DNA of 64,000 bases from Candidatus Poribacteria bacterium (GTDB taxonomy: Bacteria; Poribacteria; WGA-4E; WGA-3G), in assembly GCA_965242965.1 (NCBI GenBank), contig OZ251518.1:4224001-4288000 (forward strand), read 5' to 3'. Below, in pieces: positions 27,170 through 36,900 of this stretch. A program made the position numbers and the translations under genes. The notes beneath the pieces were generated by a model, which was not told the DNA's origin, ran no database searches, and saw only the letters and a program-made list of their open reading frames with translations. Numbering within the stretch: the first letter of the stretch is position 1; each line of letters starts with the position of its first letter.

Positions 27170-27735
27170 ACCGTAGGGCGAGGGCCTGTCCCTTGCCATC
27201 GTTCGCGCGCCAGGCACTGTATGTCAGGATCGCCTGATCCTGACCCGTTTGTGATCAGGCGATCACAAACTACAGCGGGGGAAACACACATCGGGACGAT
27301 GGCGATCGCGGGGGCCTGTCCCCCGCGCTACGATAAAAAAAACGGTTCTTGAGCGATCGCGGGGGACAGGCCCCGCGCTACGGTGAAAAAACGCCGCCCC
27401 TTCACGTAGGGCGAGGGCCCTCGCATGCCACCCGCGCAGGCGAGCGGGTTTCCCTCGCTATGCGTTTGGGGGTCGGCCCGCATCCCCCCTGTAGGTCAAG
27501 ATCGCCTGATCTTGACCCGTTCGGGATCAGGCGCACCCGAACTACAGGGCGAGAGTGCGCCCCGCCTGTAGTTCAGGAGGGCCTGCTCCTGACTTGGTTG
27601 TGCTCAGGCGATTGCAAACGACAGCGGGCGGCAGAAATCGAGACCGGGAGGTCTCTCCTACGGGGGAGTCGAGACCGGGAGGTCTCTCCTACCGGCAGAA
27701 ATCGAGACAGGTAGGAGGGACATCCTTGTCCCGAT
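27170..27735. repeat. Mixed-family REP cluster
   Basis: GTAGGGCGAGGG, GTAGGTCAAGATCGCCTGATCTTGACC, GAGACCGGGAGGTCTCTCCTAC and GTAGGAGGGACATCCTTGTCCCGA hairpins. Confidence 0.85.
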
Positions 27736-27783
27736 AGGCACATCAAGTTCATCGAGCCCTACAGACAGAACGGAAAACTGGGG

Positions 27784-28548
27784 TTACCACGCCACCCAAC
27801 CGCCATCAACCGCAATGGTTTGTCCTGTCACCCAGTTCGCCGCCTCGGATGCGAGAAATAAGACGGCACCGACGACTTCGTCGACTTCGCCGACGCGCCC
27901 CATCGGGATACGTCTAACGACATCTTCGTAAAATTCCTTCCGCTGCAAGAGGACATCCGCAAGCGGCGTGCGCGTAAATGCCGGGGCAACAGCGTTGACG
28001 GTGACGTTATGCGGTGCCCACTCCACGGCGAGCCCTTTCGTTAACAGCACAACGCCACCCTTACTGCCTGAATACGCCGTGCGCAACGGGCCGCCCACCA
28101 ATCCCATCGTTGATGAGATGTTGATGATCTTCCCGTTTTTCCGCGCTATCATCGGTTTGACGAGCGTCTGCGTCAAAAAGAATAGCCCTTTCAGATTGAG
28201 ATCATAGATAGCATCCCAATCTTCCTCGCTCAGTTCAAGGGCTGGTTTCGGACGGTTAGTCCCCGCGTTGTTGACGAGGACATCAATGCGGCCCCACACC
28301 TCAATGGCGGCTTGCGCGCCGCGGGCTATTTCGTCCATGTTACTCACATCAAATACCACCGGTTCGGCTTCACCGCCGTTGGCGCGAATCTCGCTCGCGA
28401 CTTCTTCCAAGTCGGAAAGCGTTCGGCTATTCAAGAGAATCTTCGCGCCCATCTGCGCAGCGGCGATGGCGATGCCTCTGCCAATGCCTTTGCCGGAACC
28501 AGTGACGAGCATCACTTTGTCCTTCAATTCAAATCCTGGAAATGCCAT
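27784..28548 (-). CDS. Short-chain dehydrogenase/reductase (SDR)
   Basis: TGSGKGIG, NNAG and YSGSK motifs. Confidence 0.93.
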   Translation of the reverse strand: MAFPGFELKDKVMLVTGSGKGIGRGIAIAAAQMGAKILLNSRTLSDLEEVASEIRANGGEAEPVVFDVSNMDEIARGAQAAIEVWGRIDVLVNNAGTNRPKPALELSEEDWDAIYDLNLKGLFFLTQTLVKPMIARKNGKIINISSTMGLVGGPLRTAYSGSKGGVVLLTKGLAVEWAPHNVTVNAVAPAFTRTPLADVLLQRKEFYEDVVRRIPMGRVGEVDEVVGAVLFLASEAANWVTGQTIAVDGGWVAW

Positions 28549-28607
28549 AGTTTACCTCAATTTTCGGTAGTGATGCGCGGTTTCAAACCGCGCCTACCAG
28601 TAAATTC

Positions 28608-29525
28608 TTAAACACTTTCGTTAGGCGCGCTTGGGAAGCGCGCTCTTGCTAGTTTCAATGTGTTTGCTAATAACATCGCGCGCGTCATCGGGCCCACACC
28701 GCCCGGCACCGGTGTGATAAACCCGGCAACCTTCGCTACCTCGGCGAATTTGACATCGCCGACGAGGCGATTGTCAACAGTGTCAACGGCGTTAATGCCG
28801 ACATCAATGACGATTGCGCCCGGCTTCACCATGTCAGCCGTAATCATTTCGGGTTTGCCGACAGCGACGACGAGAATGTCTGCCGATTGTGTCACCGCCG
28901 CCAGATTGTTTGTCCGTGAATGGCAATAGGTGACGGTAGCGTGGCGGTTGAGGAGCATCAAACCAACCGGCTTTCCGACGAGTTGACTCCTGCCGATACA
29001 AACGGCGTGCTTGCCCGCAATCGGCTGTCCTGTGGCTTCGATGAGGCGGATAATCCCCGCCGGCGTGCACGGCGTAATCCGTTCCCTGTCAATGAGTAAA
29101 TTCCCTAAATTGACAGGTGTGAGTCCATCGGCATCCTTATCTGGCGCGATGGCATCAATAACCGCTTGTGTCTCTATGCTTTCGGGCAAAGGCATCTGCA
29201 CCAAGATGCCGTGGATATCCTGCCGTTCGTTGAGACTTTCAACGTGCTGAATGAGCCGCCGTTGCGGAATCTCCGCTGGCAATCGGTGGACTTCTGAATG
29301 GAAATGCACCTTCTCACAATCACGCTGTTTGTGTCGGATATAAATCGTTGAGGCCGGGTCTTCGCCGACTTGCACGACAGCGAGCCCTGGCGTAAACGTG
29401 AGTGTTTTCAGTGCCTTGCGAATCTGGCTACGGACGCGCTTTGCGAGAAGAGTGCCGTTGAGGAGCGTCGCTGACAAGTTTTTTGTCTTTCGCAATGCGT
29501 TTGGTAACGGTTCTGGTGCAATCAC
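28608..29525 (-). CDS. folD: Methylenetetrahydrofolate dehydrogenase/cyclohydrolase
   Basis: PGLAVVQVGEDPAS, HGILVQMPLP, KDADG, PCTP, TPVPGGVGPMT; GGAGGGAG RBS before GTG 29525. Confidence 0.95.
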   Translation of the reverse strand: MIAPEPLPNALRKTKNLSATLLNGTLLAKRVRSQIRKALKTLTFTPGLAVVQVGEDPASTIYIRHKQRDCEKVHFHSEVHRLPAEIPQRRLIQHVESLNERQDIHGILVQMPLPESIETQAVIDAIAPDKDADGLTPVNLGNLLIDRERITPCTPAGIIRLIEATGQPIAGKHAVCIGRSQLVGKPVGLMLLNRHATVTYCHSRTNNLAAVTQSADILVVAVGKPEMITADMVKPGAIVIDVGINAVDTVDNRLVGDVKFAEVAKVAGFITPVPGGVGPMTRAMLLANTLKLARARFPSAPNESV

Positions 29526-29560
29526 GTCTCCCTCCGTATATCTGTTTTTGATGCTAAATT

Positions 29561-29861
29561 GAGGGTGTTTCATAAATCGCTCAACGTCGCGGGGGAACCC
29601 GCTCGGATGCGCGTGTGGCATCCGAGGCCCCCGCGCTCCGGTGAAAAAAACGCTTCCCCTTCACGTAGGGCGGTGGGAAAACCTGTCCCTCGCCATGCGT
29701 TTGGCTGGCAGACTGCATCCCCCCTGTAGGGCAAGATCGCCTGATCTTGACCCGTTCGGGAGCGGGTGCTCCCGAACTACAGAGGTGTGCCCAATACCTT
29801 CAGGGATTCGCCCGCCTTCCAAGGCAGGATAAATACCGAAACGGAGTTATGAAACATCCTC
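29561..29861. mobile_element. ~300 bp MITE carrying REP hairpins
   Basis: TIRs GAGGGTGTTTCATAA / TTATGAAACATCCTC; 8-bp direct repeat GCTAAATT on both sides. Confidence 0.85.
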
Positions 29862-29903
29862 GCTAAATTAGAAACCTTGACGAACGCTTTGCGCCAATAC
29901 AAA

Positions 29904-31913
29904 CTACTTATCATTCAGGCGTTTCAACTGTTCCTCAAGGAAGCGCGTCACGGCATCGGCATCGGTGGCTTGGAAGCCGAGAGTGCCGGCCTCCTCAATC
30001 AGAATTGCCATCTGCACCGGGTTGTTTGTGAGCAGTCGCCTTGCCTCTTTGTAATAGCCCGCGGCGAGTTCGTTTTCACCTTGTTCTTGATGAATAACGG
30101 CGAGGTAAATATAAGCGGCGGCGAGCCGTGGGGACTGAGGCCGAATCTGGATAAACTCCTCAAAAGCGAAGCGCGCCTCCGGGTAACGCCTGTCGTCATA
30201 GTGGACGCGCCCGATGCGGAATTGCGCCCGGTCGGCGAAACTATCTTTATACCCGCCGGCGAGGTACCGGTCGCGTTCCGGATACCCGATGGTTGTTTGG
30301 TATGCCTGTAGTGCCTCGTTATAGCGGCGCAGTTTTCGGTAGAGTTCGCCGAGTTGAAAATTCGCCATCATCGCCTGTAGCGCGTTTGGGTGTTCCTTGA
30401 TAACCTTTTCATAAGCGGCGAGTGCCTCGTTTGGCGCGGCGAGTTGTTCGGCGTAAACCAGCCCGGTGCGATAGAGTGCCTCGGCGGTATGAGGCAATTC
30501 CGGATATTTCTCGGCGACTTCCCGATATGCTTCAATCGCCTTTGGGTAATCCGCTAAGTGCCGTTCATAGATGGTGCCGATTTGTAGCAGTGCCCTCGCG
30601 TTTTCGGCATTGCGTAACGCGCCGTTCTCAATTTTCGCGCGCAGGTTTTGAATAGCGGCGCGATGTTCAAGGGCACGGAGTTGCGCGGCTGCAGCCGCCG
30701 CGTCAGGTGTCTCGGGTGCCGTAGCGATGAGATTCCGGGCGATACTCAGCGCGTCGTCAAAATTGGCCGCCGCAACTGCTTTTTCCAACCGTTCATTCTC
30801 CATTTTGGACATCTCCTCCTCAAGTTTTTCGATTTTGGCGTGCAGGAGTGCTTTCACCTCAGTGACACTTTTATCATACATGGAGATTTGCCCTAAATAG
30901 CCGGGCTCAAGGTGTGGCAAATAGGCGTAAAGGAAGGTTTTGAACGCCGCAACCGCCTTCGGATAGTTTTGCGCTGTTTCATGACACACGCCTGTCCAAT
31001 AGAGCACGGCGTGCATATTCCAAAAGTTCGGATATTTCCGTTGGAGTGCATCAAAAACGGCGAGTGCCTGCGGAATCTCCTCGGCGGCGCGATAGATATT
31101 CGCAATCTGGTAAAGTGCCTCGGCGGCGAAATTGCTGGTAGGATAGGTATCGGCGACTTTTTGGTATGCGTCAATAGCCGCTGGCAATTGATGGAGCGCG
31201 GTGTGCTTTAAATGCGCAATCCGCCACTGCGCTTCCGGCGCGACGATGGCATCGGGGTGTGTCCCTAGCAGTGTTTCATACACCTCAATCGCCTTTTCCG
31301 GCCGGTTGAGTTGGGACGGGTTGCGGTAGAGTTCGGCTATCTGAAATTGCGCGAGGGCAGCGAGCGGTGTGCCGTGGTGCGTGCGCGCGAGTTCCTGTTG
31401 CACATGCAGCGATGCCAATGCCGTGCGGATGTCCCGAATCTTCTGTAAACCGGTCTTGTGGACGAAATGGGTGGCCGGAGCCAACTCCACAAGTGCATGG
31501 TAAGTCTGGATTGCCGCCTTGTATTTGCCCATTCGGCTGTAGACATCGCCTTTCTTGATGGAGGCGAGGAAGAGTTCCTCACTTGCGAGCCCTTTTTGCT
31601 CAAGCCGCAAGATCTTGTCGTAAGCCGCCACCGCTTGAGGATACTGCTGCGTGTAGCGGTAGTAAATTTCGCCGATCTGGTAGTAGCACCAACTTTGCAC
31701 GTCGACGTTTGCGTCGGACCGGGCGAGCGCGTCCAGTTTTGTAATTGCCTCTGGGTAGCGTTTGTCCCGAATTAAAGCATTTACCTCATCAACTTGCGCG
31801 CGCGCGCCAGCGAGCAGCGTCAGGCTAAAAAGGAACATCAGCAGCGTGAGGAGTGTCGGCATTTTGCCGCGCTGAGTTTTCGGGTGAACTGATTTTCGCG
31901 TTCGCATCGTCAA
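29904..31913 (-). CDS. Exported multi-TPR protein (YbgF/BamD-like repeats)
   Basis: Signal peptide (alternative start ATG 31862); many AAEALYQIA..Y / YP.S repeats. Confidence 0.88.
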   Translation of the reverse strand: MTMRTRKSVHPKTQRGKMPTLLTLLMFLFSLTLLAGARAQVDEVNALIRDKRYPEAITKLDALARSDANVDVQSWCYYQIGEIYYRYTQQYPQAVAAYDKILRLEQKGLASEELFLASIKKGDVYSRMGKYKAAIQTYHALVELAPATHFVHKTGLQKIRDIRTALASLHVQQELARTHHGTPLAALAQFQIAELYRNPSQLNRPEKAIEVYETLLGTHPDAIVAPEAQWRIAHLKHTALHQLPAAIDAYQKVADTYPTSNFAAEALYQIANIYRAAEEIPQALAVFDALQRKYPNFWNMHAVLYWTGVCHETAQNYPKAVAAFKTFLYAYLPHLEPGYLGQISMYDKSVTEVKALLHAKIEKLEEEMSKMENERLEKAVAAANFDDALSIARNLIATAPETPDAAAAAAQLRALEHRAAIQNLRAKIENGALRNAENARALLQIGTIYERHLADYPKAIEAYREVAEKYPELPHTAEALYRTGLVYAEQLAAPNEALAAYEKVIKEHPNALQAMMANFQLGELYRKLRRYNEALQAYQTTIGYPERDRYLAGGYKDSFADRAQFRIGRVHYDDRRYPEARFAFEEFIQIRPQSPRLAAAYIYLAVIHQEQGENELAAGYYKEARRLLTNNPVQMAILIEEAGTLGFQATDADAVTRFLEEQLKRLNDK

Positions 31914-32524
31914 TATCCTTCTACAGTGCTAGGGAGGTTCTGCAGATGTGTATTCGCCACCTGCACCCAGTTCGTGCCTTGCGCTTGCTCCTTCATGCGC
32001 TGAAATTGGCTCGCCGTTGCCCACGCATCGTTGCGGAGGTGATGCGTAATCAGTGCCTCCTCTAAGCTGCGTTGAATGTCCTGCTGCCGATATTGTTCTA
32101 TCCGAACATCGGCTGACTGGACTTCGGTTAATTGCACTCGTGTTTTGGAGGGGAACGGGTTGCCAACGAAAACGGCGATGGCAATGAACGCGGTGACGAG
32201 AGAACCCACCGCGGCGGTTCGATGCCCGTGCCAGATTTGCGTGAGTATCGCGCCCCAGGAACGGAAGAACGAACGCGACGGCGGCGCGGCGGCAAGCCGT
32301 TTGTAGACGTTCATCTCAACATCCTGTAATGCGCGTTCGGGTAGTGGCATCTCTAACAGTGCTTCGTCTGTCAGACTCAGCACCGTTTTGAGCGTCTTAA
32401 CCTCTTCGGTGCAATCGGCGCACTCCTTGAGATGTCGCTCAAAGGTAACGGCTTCCGCTTCGGGCAGCAGCTCGTAAGCGTAGTCAATGGCCTGTGCTTC
32501 AAATTCTTTACATTTTGGCATCAA
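31910..32524 (-). CDS. Zinc-finger (ZAS, zf-HC2) anti-sigma factor
   Basis: FERHLKECADC (HxxxCxxC), single TM helix, downstream of an ECF sigma gene. Confidence 0.88.
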   Translation of the reverse strand: MMPKCKEFEAQAIDYAYELLPEAEAVTFERHLKECADCTEEVKTLKTVLSLTDEALLEMPLPERALQDVEMNVYKRLAAAPPSRSFFRSWGAILTQIWHGHRTAAVGSLVTAFIAIAVFVGNPFPSKTRVQLTEVQSADVRIEQYRQQDIQRSLEEALITHHLRNDAWATASQFQRMKEQAQGTNWVQVANTHLQNLPSTVEGY

Positions 32525-32595
32525 ACATCCTCCTTAAAAAACCGACATTTTTCCGGTAGGCGCGGTTGAAACCGCTACTACGGCGTGTGCTATTA

Positions 32596-33177
32596 TTATA
32601 TGTCCCTATTTTCCCACAACGGACGCAATATCTCCTGCAACCGTTTCACGGCGCGGTGGAGGTGAATCTTAACGGTGCCTTCGGCAATGCCGAGGGTTTC
32701 CGCTGCCTCTTTAATCGAGCGGCCCTCGTAACGGCAGAGCATGAACACTGCCTTCTGCTGCGGCGAGAGTTCCTCTAGTGCCTCGCGAATGATGCGCCCG
32801 CGCTCTTTATCCTCCACCGTCTTAACAGGGTTGCTCGCCAAATCCTTGGCAACGAGTCTTGATTCCGGAATCTCGTCATCGTCCCATGGTTGGATAGGAT
32901 TGCGCGCTTTCGCGCGGTGATGGTCGATCGCGAGATTCGCCGCGATTTTGTAAAGCCACGTTGAAAACTTCGCCTTCGGCTGCCATGTGTCAAGAGCCCG
33001 ATACACCTTGACAAAGACATCGATGGTGAGGTCTTCCGCGTCTTCATAATTCCCAACGGAACGCTGCAGATACGCGAAAATTTTGGATTTGTAGCGTCTC
33101 ATCAGCTCATCAAAGGCATCTTGCTGTCCGGCTTGAAATTGAGCGACGAGCGTTTCATCATCAATCAATGAGTCCAT
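32596..33177 (-). CDS. ECF RNA polymerase sigma factor
   Basis: AFDELMRRY, DAEDLT.DVF, FSTWLYKIA and GTVKIHLHRA motifs. Confidence 0.92.
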   Translation of the reverse strand: MDSLIDDETLVAQFQAGQQDAFDELMRRYKSKIFAYLQRSVGNYEDAEDLTIDVFVKVYRALDTWQPKAKFSTWLYKIAANLAIDHHRAKARNPIQPWDDDEIPESRLVAKDLASNPVKTVEDKERGRIIREALEELSPQQKAVFMLCRYEGRSIKEAAETLGIAEGTVKIHLHRAVKRLQEILRPLWENRDI

Positions 33178-33242
33178 AACGTCTTGTAGGCGAATGAAAT
33201 AAGATGCAAGCAACATCTTTTTAAACGGATGCGTTTTCAATA

Positions 33243-33271
33243 AGTTTACAGAGTTTGCGATAAATTGTCAA
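33243..33271 (-). promoter_or_regulatory. sigma70-type promoter of the ECF operon
   Basis: TTGACA-17-TAAACT on the minus strand. Confidence 0.6.
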
Positions 33272-33299
33272 GAAATTTGTATGGCGTGATTTTATTTAA

Positions 33300-33905
33300 T
33301 CTGGAGGAGGATTTCCAAGATATGAGCAGGATTTGCAGGATTATCACGATTAGCAAGAGATGAGCAGGAGACTGTAGTTCGGGAGCGCCTGCTCCCGAAC
33401 GGTGCATGGCGAGACGAACCCCTTCCTGGCCCGTAGCGCGGGGGCCTGTCCCCCGCGATCGTTCGACCTACGCGAAAACCGCACGCCGACAAAGGCCATT
33501 TCTCGTGCCGATCGAGGCACGGCGAGGGACAGGCCCTCGCCCTAAGGTGAAACGGAGACGGCCTTGCAAACCGTATCGCGGGGGCCTGTCCCCCGCGATC
33601 GTTCACGTGAAAAAACGCCTCTTCAGGTCCTTTAGGACCTGCATGTCTATAGCACCGCTGGACGTGAAAGATGCTAAGGTCCTTTAGGTCCTTAATAGAC
33701 AGCACACGCAATGCCGCCGGAAAACATTAAGGTCCTAAAGGACCTTGAGGATTTGGAGATCTGCGTATACTATAGACATTAAGGTCCTAAAGGACCTAGG
33801 GAGAGAGACAAGAGCGCCTGCTCTTGATCCGTTCGGGAGCGGGCGCTCCCGAACTACAGATGTCGGCAGGTCGAGCGATCGCGGGGGACAGGCCCCCGCG
33901 CTACG
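33300..33905. repeat. Mixed REP cluster including AGGTCCTAAAGGACCT family
   Basis: GTAGTTCGGGAGCGCCTGCTCCCGAAC and GTAGCGCGGGGG copies; four AGGTCCTWWAGGWCCT palindromes. Confidence 0.85.
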
Positions 33906-33912
33906 GTGCATC

Positions 33913-33952
33913 AAAAAAAAGCGCGGGCGGCACCCAAAGGCACCACCCGCGC
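33913..33952 (-). terminator. Rho-independent terminator
   Basis: GCGCGGGTGGTGCC-TTTG-GGTGCCGCCCGCGC followed by T8 on the minus strand, after the 1562-aa gene. Confidence 0.75.
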
Positions 33953-33976
33953 GAGATATGAAACAATACGCGAGAA

Positions 33977-36900
33977 TTACTCCCGCTGCTTGACTTCACC
34001 GAACGTTGTCAACGAACGATTCGCCGGCGATACGGGACCCGGTAAGTAACGTGTCCGCAACACCTCCGGCCGCCCACCTAACGAAACCTCTTCGATTTGG
34101 TAGTAGTATTCAATCCCAGGTTTCGCAGAGGTATCGGTGAACGTGTAGGTTTGACGTTCGCCTGTCGTGCCGGCACCGGCGATGAGCACTGGATTCAGCA
34201 ACGTAAATCCACTCTCGCGTTTCAGGCTGCGACGCAGATTAAACCCAGCGTTGTCGACTTCCGATTCAGTTGTCCAAGTCACGACAACGGGACCGGCATC
34301 GGTGCGCGTGAGGGTGAAACTCGACAACTCCACGGGCAAGGCACCGCCTTGACGATACCCCGGTGTCCCGATATCATCGGCGTGGCCGTAGTGCAGCGAT
34401 TCCACTTTGAATTTGTTGAAATGCGCCGCTAATGCCCAATTGGACTTCAGCATCCCATCGCGCGCCACCGCGCCTTTATCATAACGGCGGACGACTGAAC
34501 TGCGCGCGCCGTCCCGACGATTCGTGGGCCACACCCACACCGGCGCATCATCGGTGCGACGATTGTCATCGATGTTGCCGACCTCGTCTATCTTCGTCCC
34601 GTTTCTGTCGGATAACTTCAGATAGAAGCCCTCGCCACTCAAGAAGGTATCCCGCGCTGTTTTGATGCGGAGATTCTTCTCGTGCAGTTTCAGGAGGTTG
34701 TAAACCCGGTCTTCAGGGAAGACATCTGCTGACGAAGCGCGGGCATTGCCTGCGACAATCAAGAGGGTCTGATTCGGCTGAATCACTTTCTCCTGCAGCG
34801 TCAAGGTGACAATAGGTCTGCCAACCAGGTCTCCCGAATTCCGATTCTGGATCTCCAACTGCCAGCGATTCAGGTTCAGTGCCTCGGTTTTGGACTTGTT
34901 GTAGAGTTCTATCCATTGCGGCAATGTCCCACCCTCAGAATCAAACATGATTTCGCTGATAGTCACCGCACCTTTCGGTGTGGCGGCTTCGGTTTTCACC
35001 GCGCCATTCGGATAGCCCGGGGTGCCCGCTGTCGCCGCTGATTTAGAGACCTTCCTATCGTAACCGATACCGGTGAACGCCGCTTCTGCCCAGGCATCTC
35101 GATGATACCCGATGATATCCGCTTTCGCGCGCTGCCAGACTTTGCCGGAGCTCAACGCATCTTCAGTGGCATCACCAGGAGCCTCAAGCACCTGCAAGGG
35201 CCAGACATGCGTATCGTAGTCACCGGTTTCATCGCGAATGAACGCATCGGTATCGCTGCCGCCGCCACCGGCGACATCAATGAACGCCTCATCCAAGCCG
35301 AGTTTCTCCTTTGCATTGCGGAGAATCAATAGGAATTTGCCATCATCGGGCAGTGAGAGGCCGTCATCCACTAACGATGCATGCGATAACCCTTTATTCT
35401 GTCCGCCTGCGAGAGGTGTTTTATCCGACGCGCTGTTTGTTATCAGCAACAAACCATTTGCCGGCACACTCACATCCGGGAAGACGATGAGGGAGGTATC
35501 TTCCTTTTTGCCATCAGCAACAACAGAGAGTTCCCAGTCTTTCAGGGAGACATCCGAACCGGTGATATTGCGGAATTCTAGCCAATCGTTGGTATCCCCG
35601 CTACCGTTACCGAGTTCGTTGAAAACGACAGGAGAAAGCGGCACAGCCGATGCAACTGCCTTTGAGACAGTGTCATCCGGTGGCAGGTAAATCACCTCCG
35701 GCGGCTTCGGCGGCAGCGGCACATCGAGCGTAACGGGGCCTAGTTCACTCCCCGATGCATCCTGCAGCGACAAGCCGCCATCACCCGTATCCGACAGCGG
35801 CGGCGCAACGACACCCGCACCTACCGCCACCCTATCGCTACCCTGAAGCGCGAGACCCGCTTCACGATCCACTAGCCGCGTCCCTGCAGGAATACCTAAA
35901 CGACTCTCCGGATGCACCGTTTGAGCCGCCGGATCCAACGCTTGCAAAATAGCCACATCCGACGCTTGCAAGACATAAACGAACGGCACAATCGTGGAAC
36001 CCGAACGCTCCTCGCCTTGCTGCCAAATGGCATCCCGCGCATTCTCGGCAACCTGTTCGCCGAGATATATTCGCACATACGGCGGATTCTCGCCTTCATA
36101 CGTCAGACCGGTTGTTGCAAACGGTAACTCAACGGTGAGCTTATCGCCGGCGTTATACACGTCCGTTTCGGGAGCAACAATCTCCGGTGCCCCCACTTCC
36201 AACTCCTGCAGCGTCGTGTCTACCTGCACCGTGACAGCCGCCGATGCCACATTGCCGAGCGGGTCAAGGTGGGCAAACACCGTATCTTCCGGCACCTGGA
36301 ACGTCAGCGCGCCTTTAAAGCCGAGCGGGGGCACCACCCTCACCGGATACTGCAACCACCGATCCGCCGCCTCGGGACGGCTCACCGTCACCGTGCTATC
36401 CCCAACACCTGCCGACAGCGCAGTTTGCAACGTCGAGAGAAGCTCTTCGTCTGTCAAATCATGAAACGCAGGGCTTTTCCCATGCTCGACTGCACTGTAG
36501 TCCTCCTGGAACCGCAATGTCAACGTAAACGGGCCGGTTTGTGTCCCCGATGGCACGACTATCTCTGTCATCGCGGCGACAGGCATCACTACCGCCGGAT
36601 AGTCAACAGTGCCATCATACGTAGGCGGAAAGTAGTGAGGTAACTTCGTCTCCTCATGTAGCTCATAAAAACCATCCGAGACAGCATAGTGCCGGACGCG
36701 ACCATTTGCATTGGTGCTGTCCGCCTCGATATCAACTATTGGGAAGTAGTCAATAAGCCCATCGCTGTTTCTGTCAAGGTCTATATTTCTGATACCGTGG
36801 AAAGGCCCCGGGCCGCGTTTGTATCGACCTGCGTAGTTGATGGTGGTGCGACTTTGGGAGATGAGACGATTCGCCTCATCAGCCGTAAAAGTCCTCCTGT

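Noticed and set aside
29526-29621. N-terminal extension of folD (MPHAHP.../MKHPQ...)
   Set aside because: Derived from the MITE end; a good RBS precedes GTG 29525
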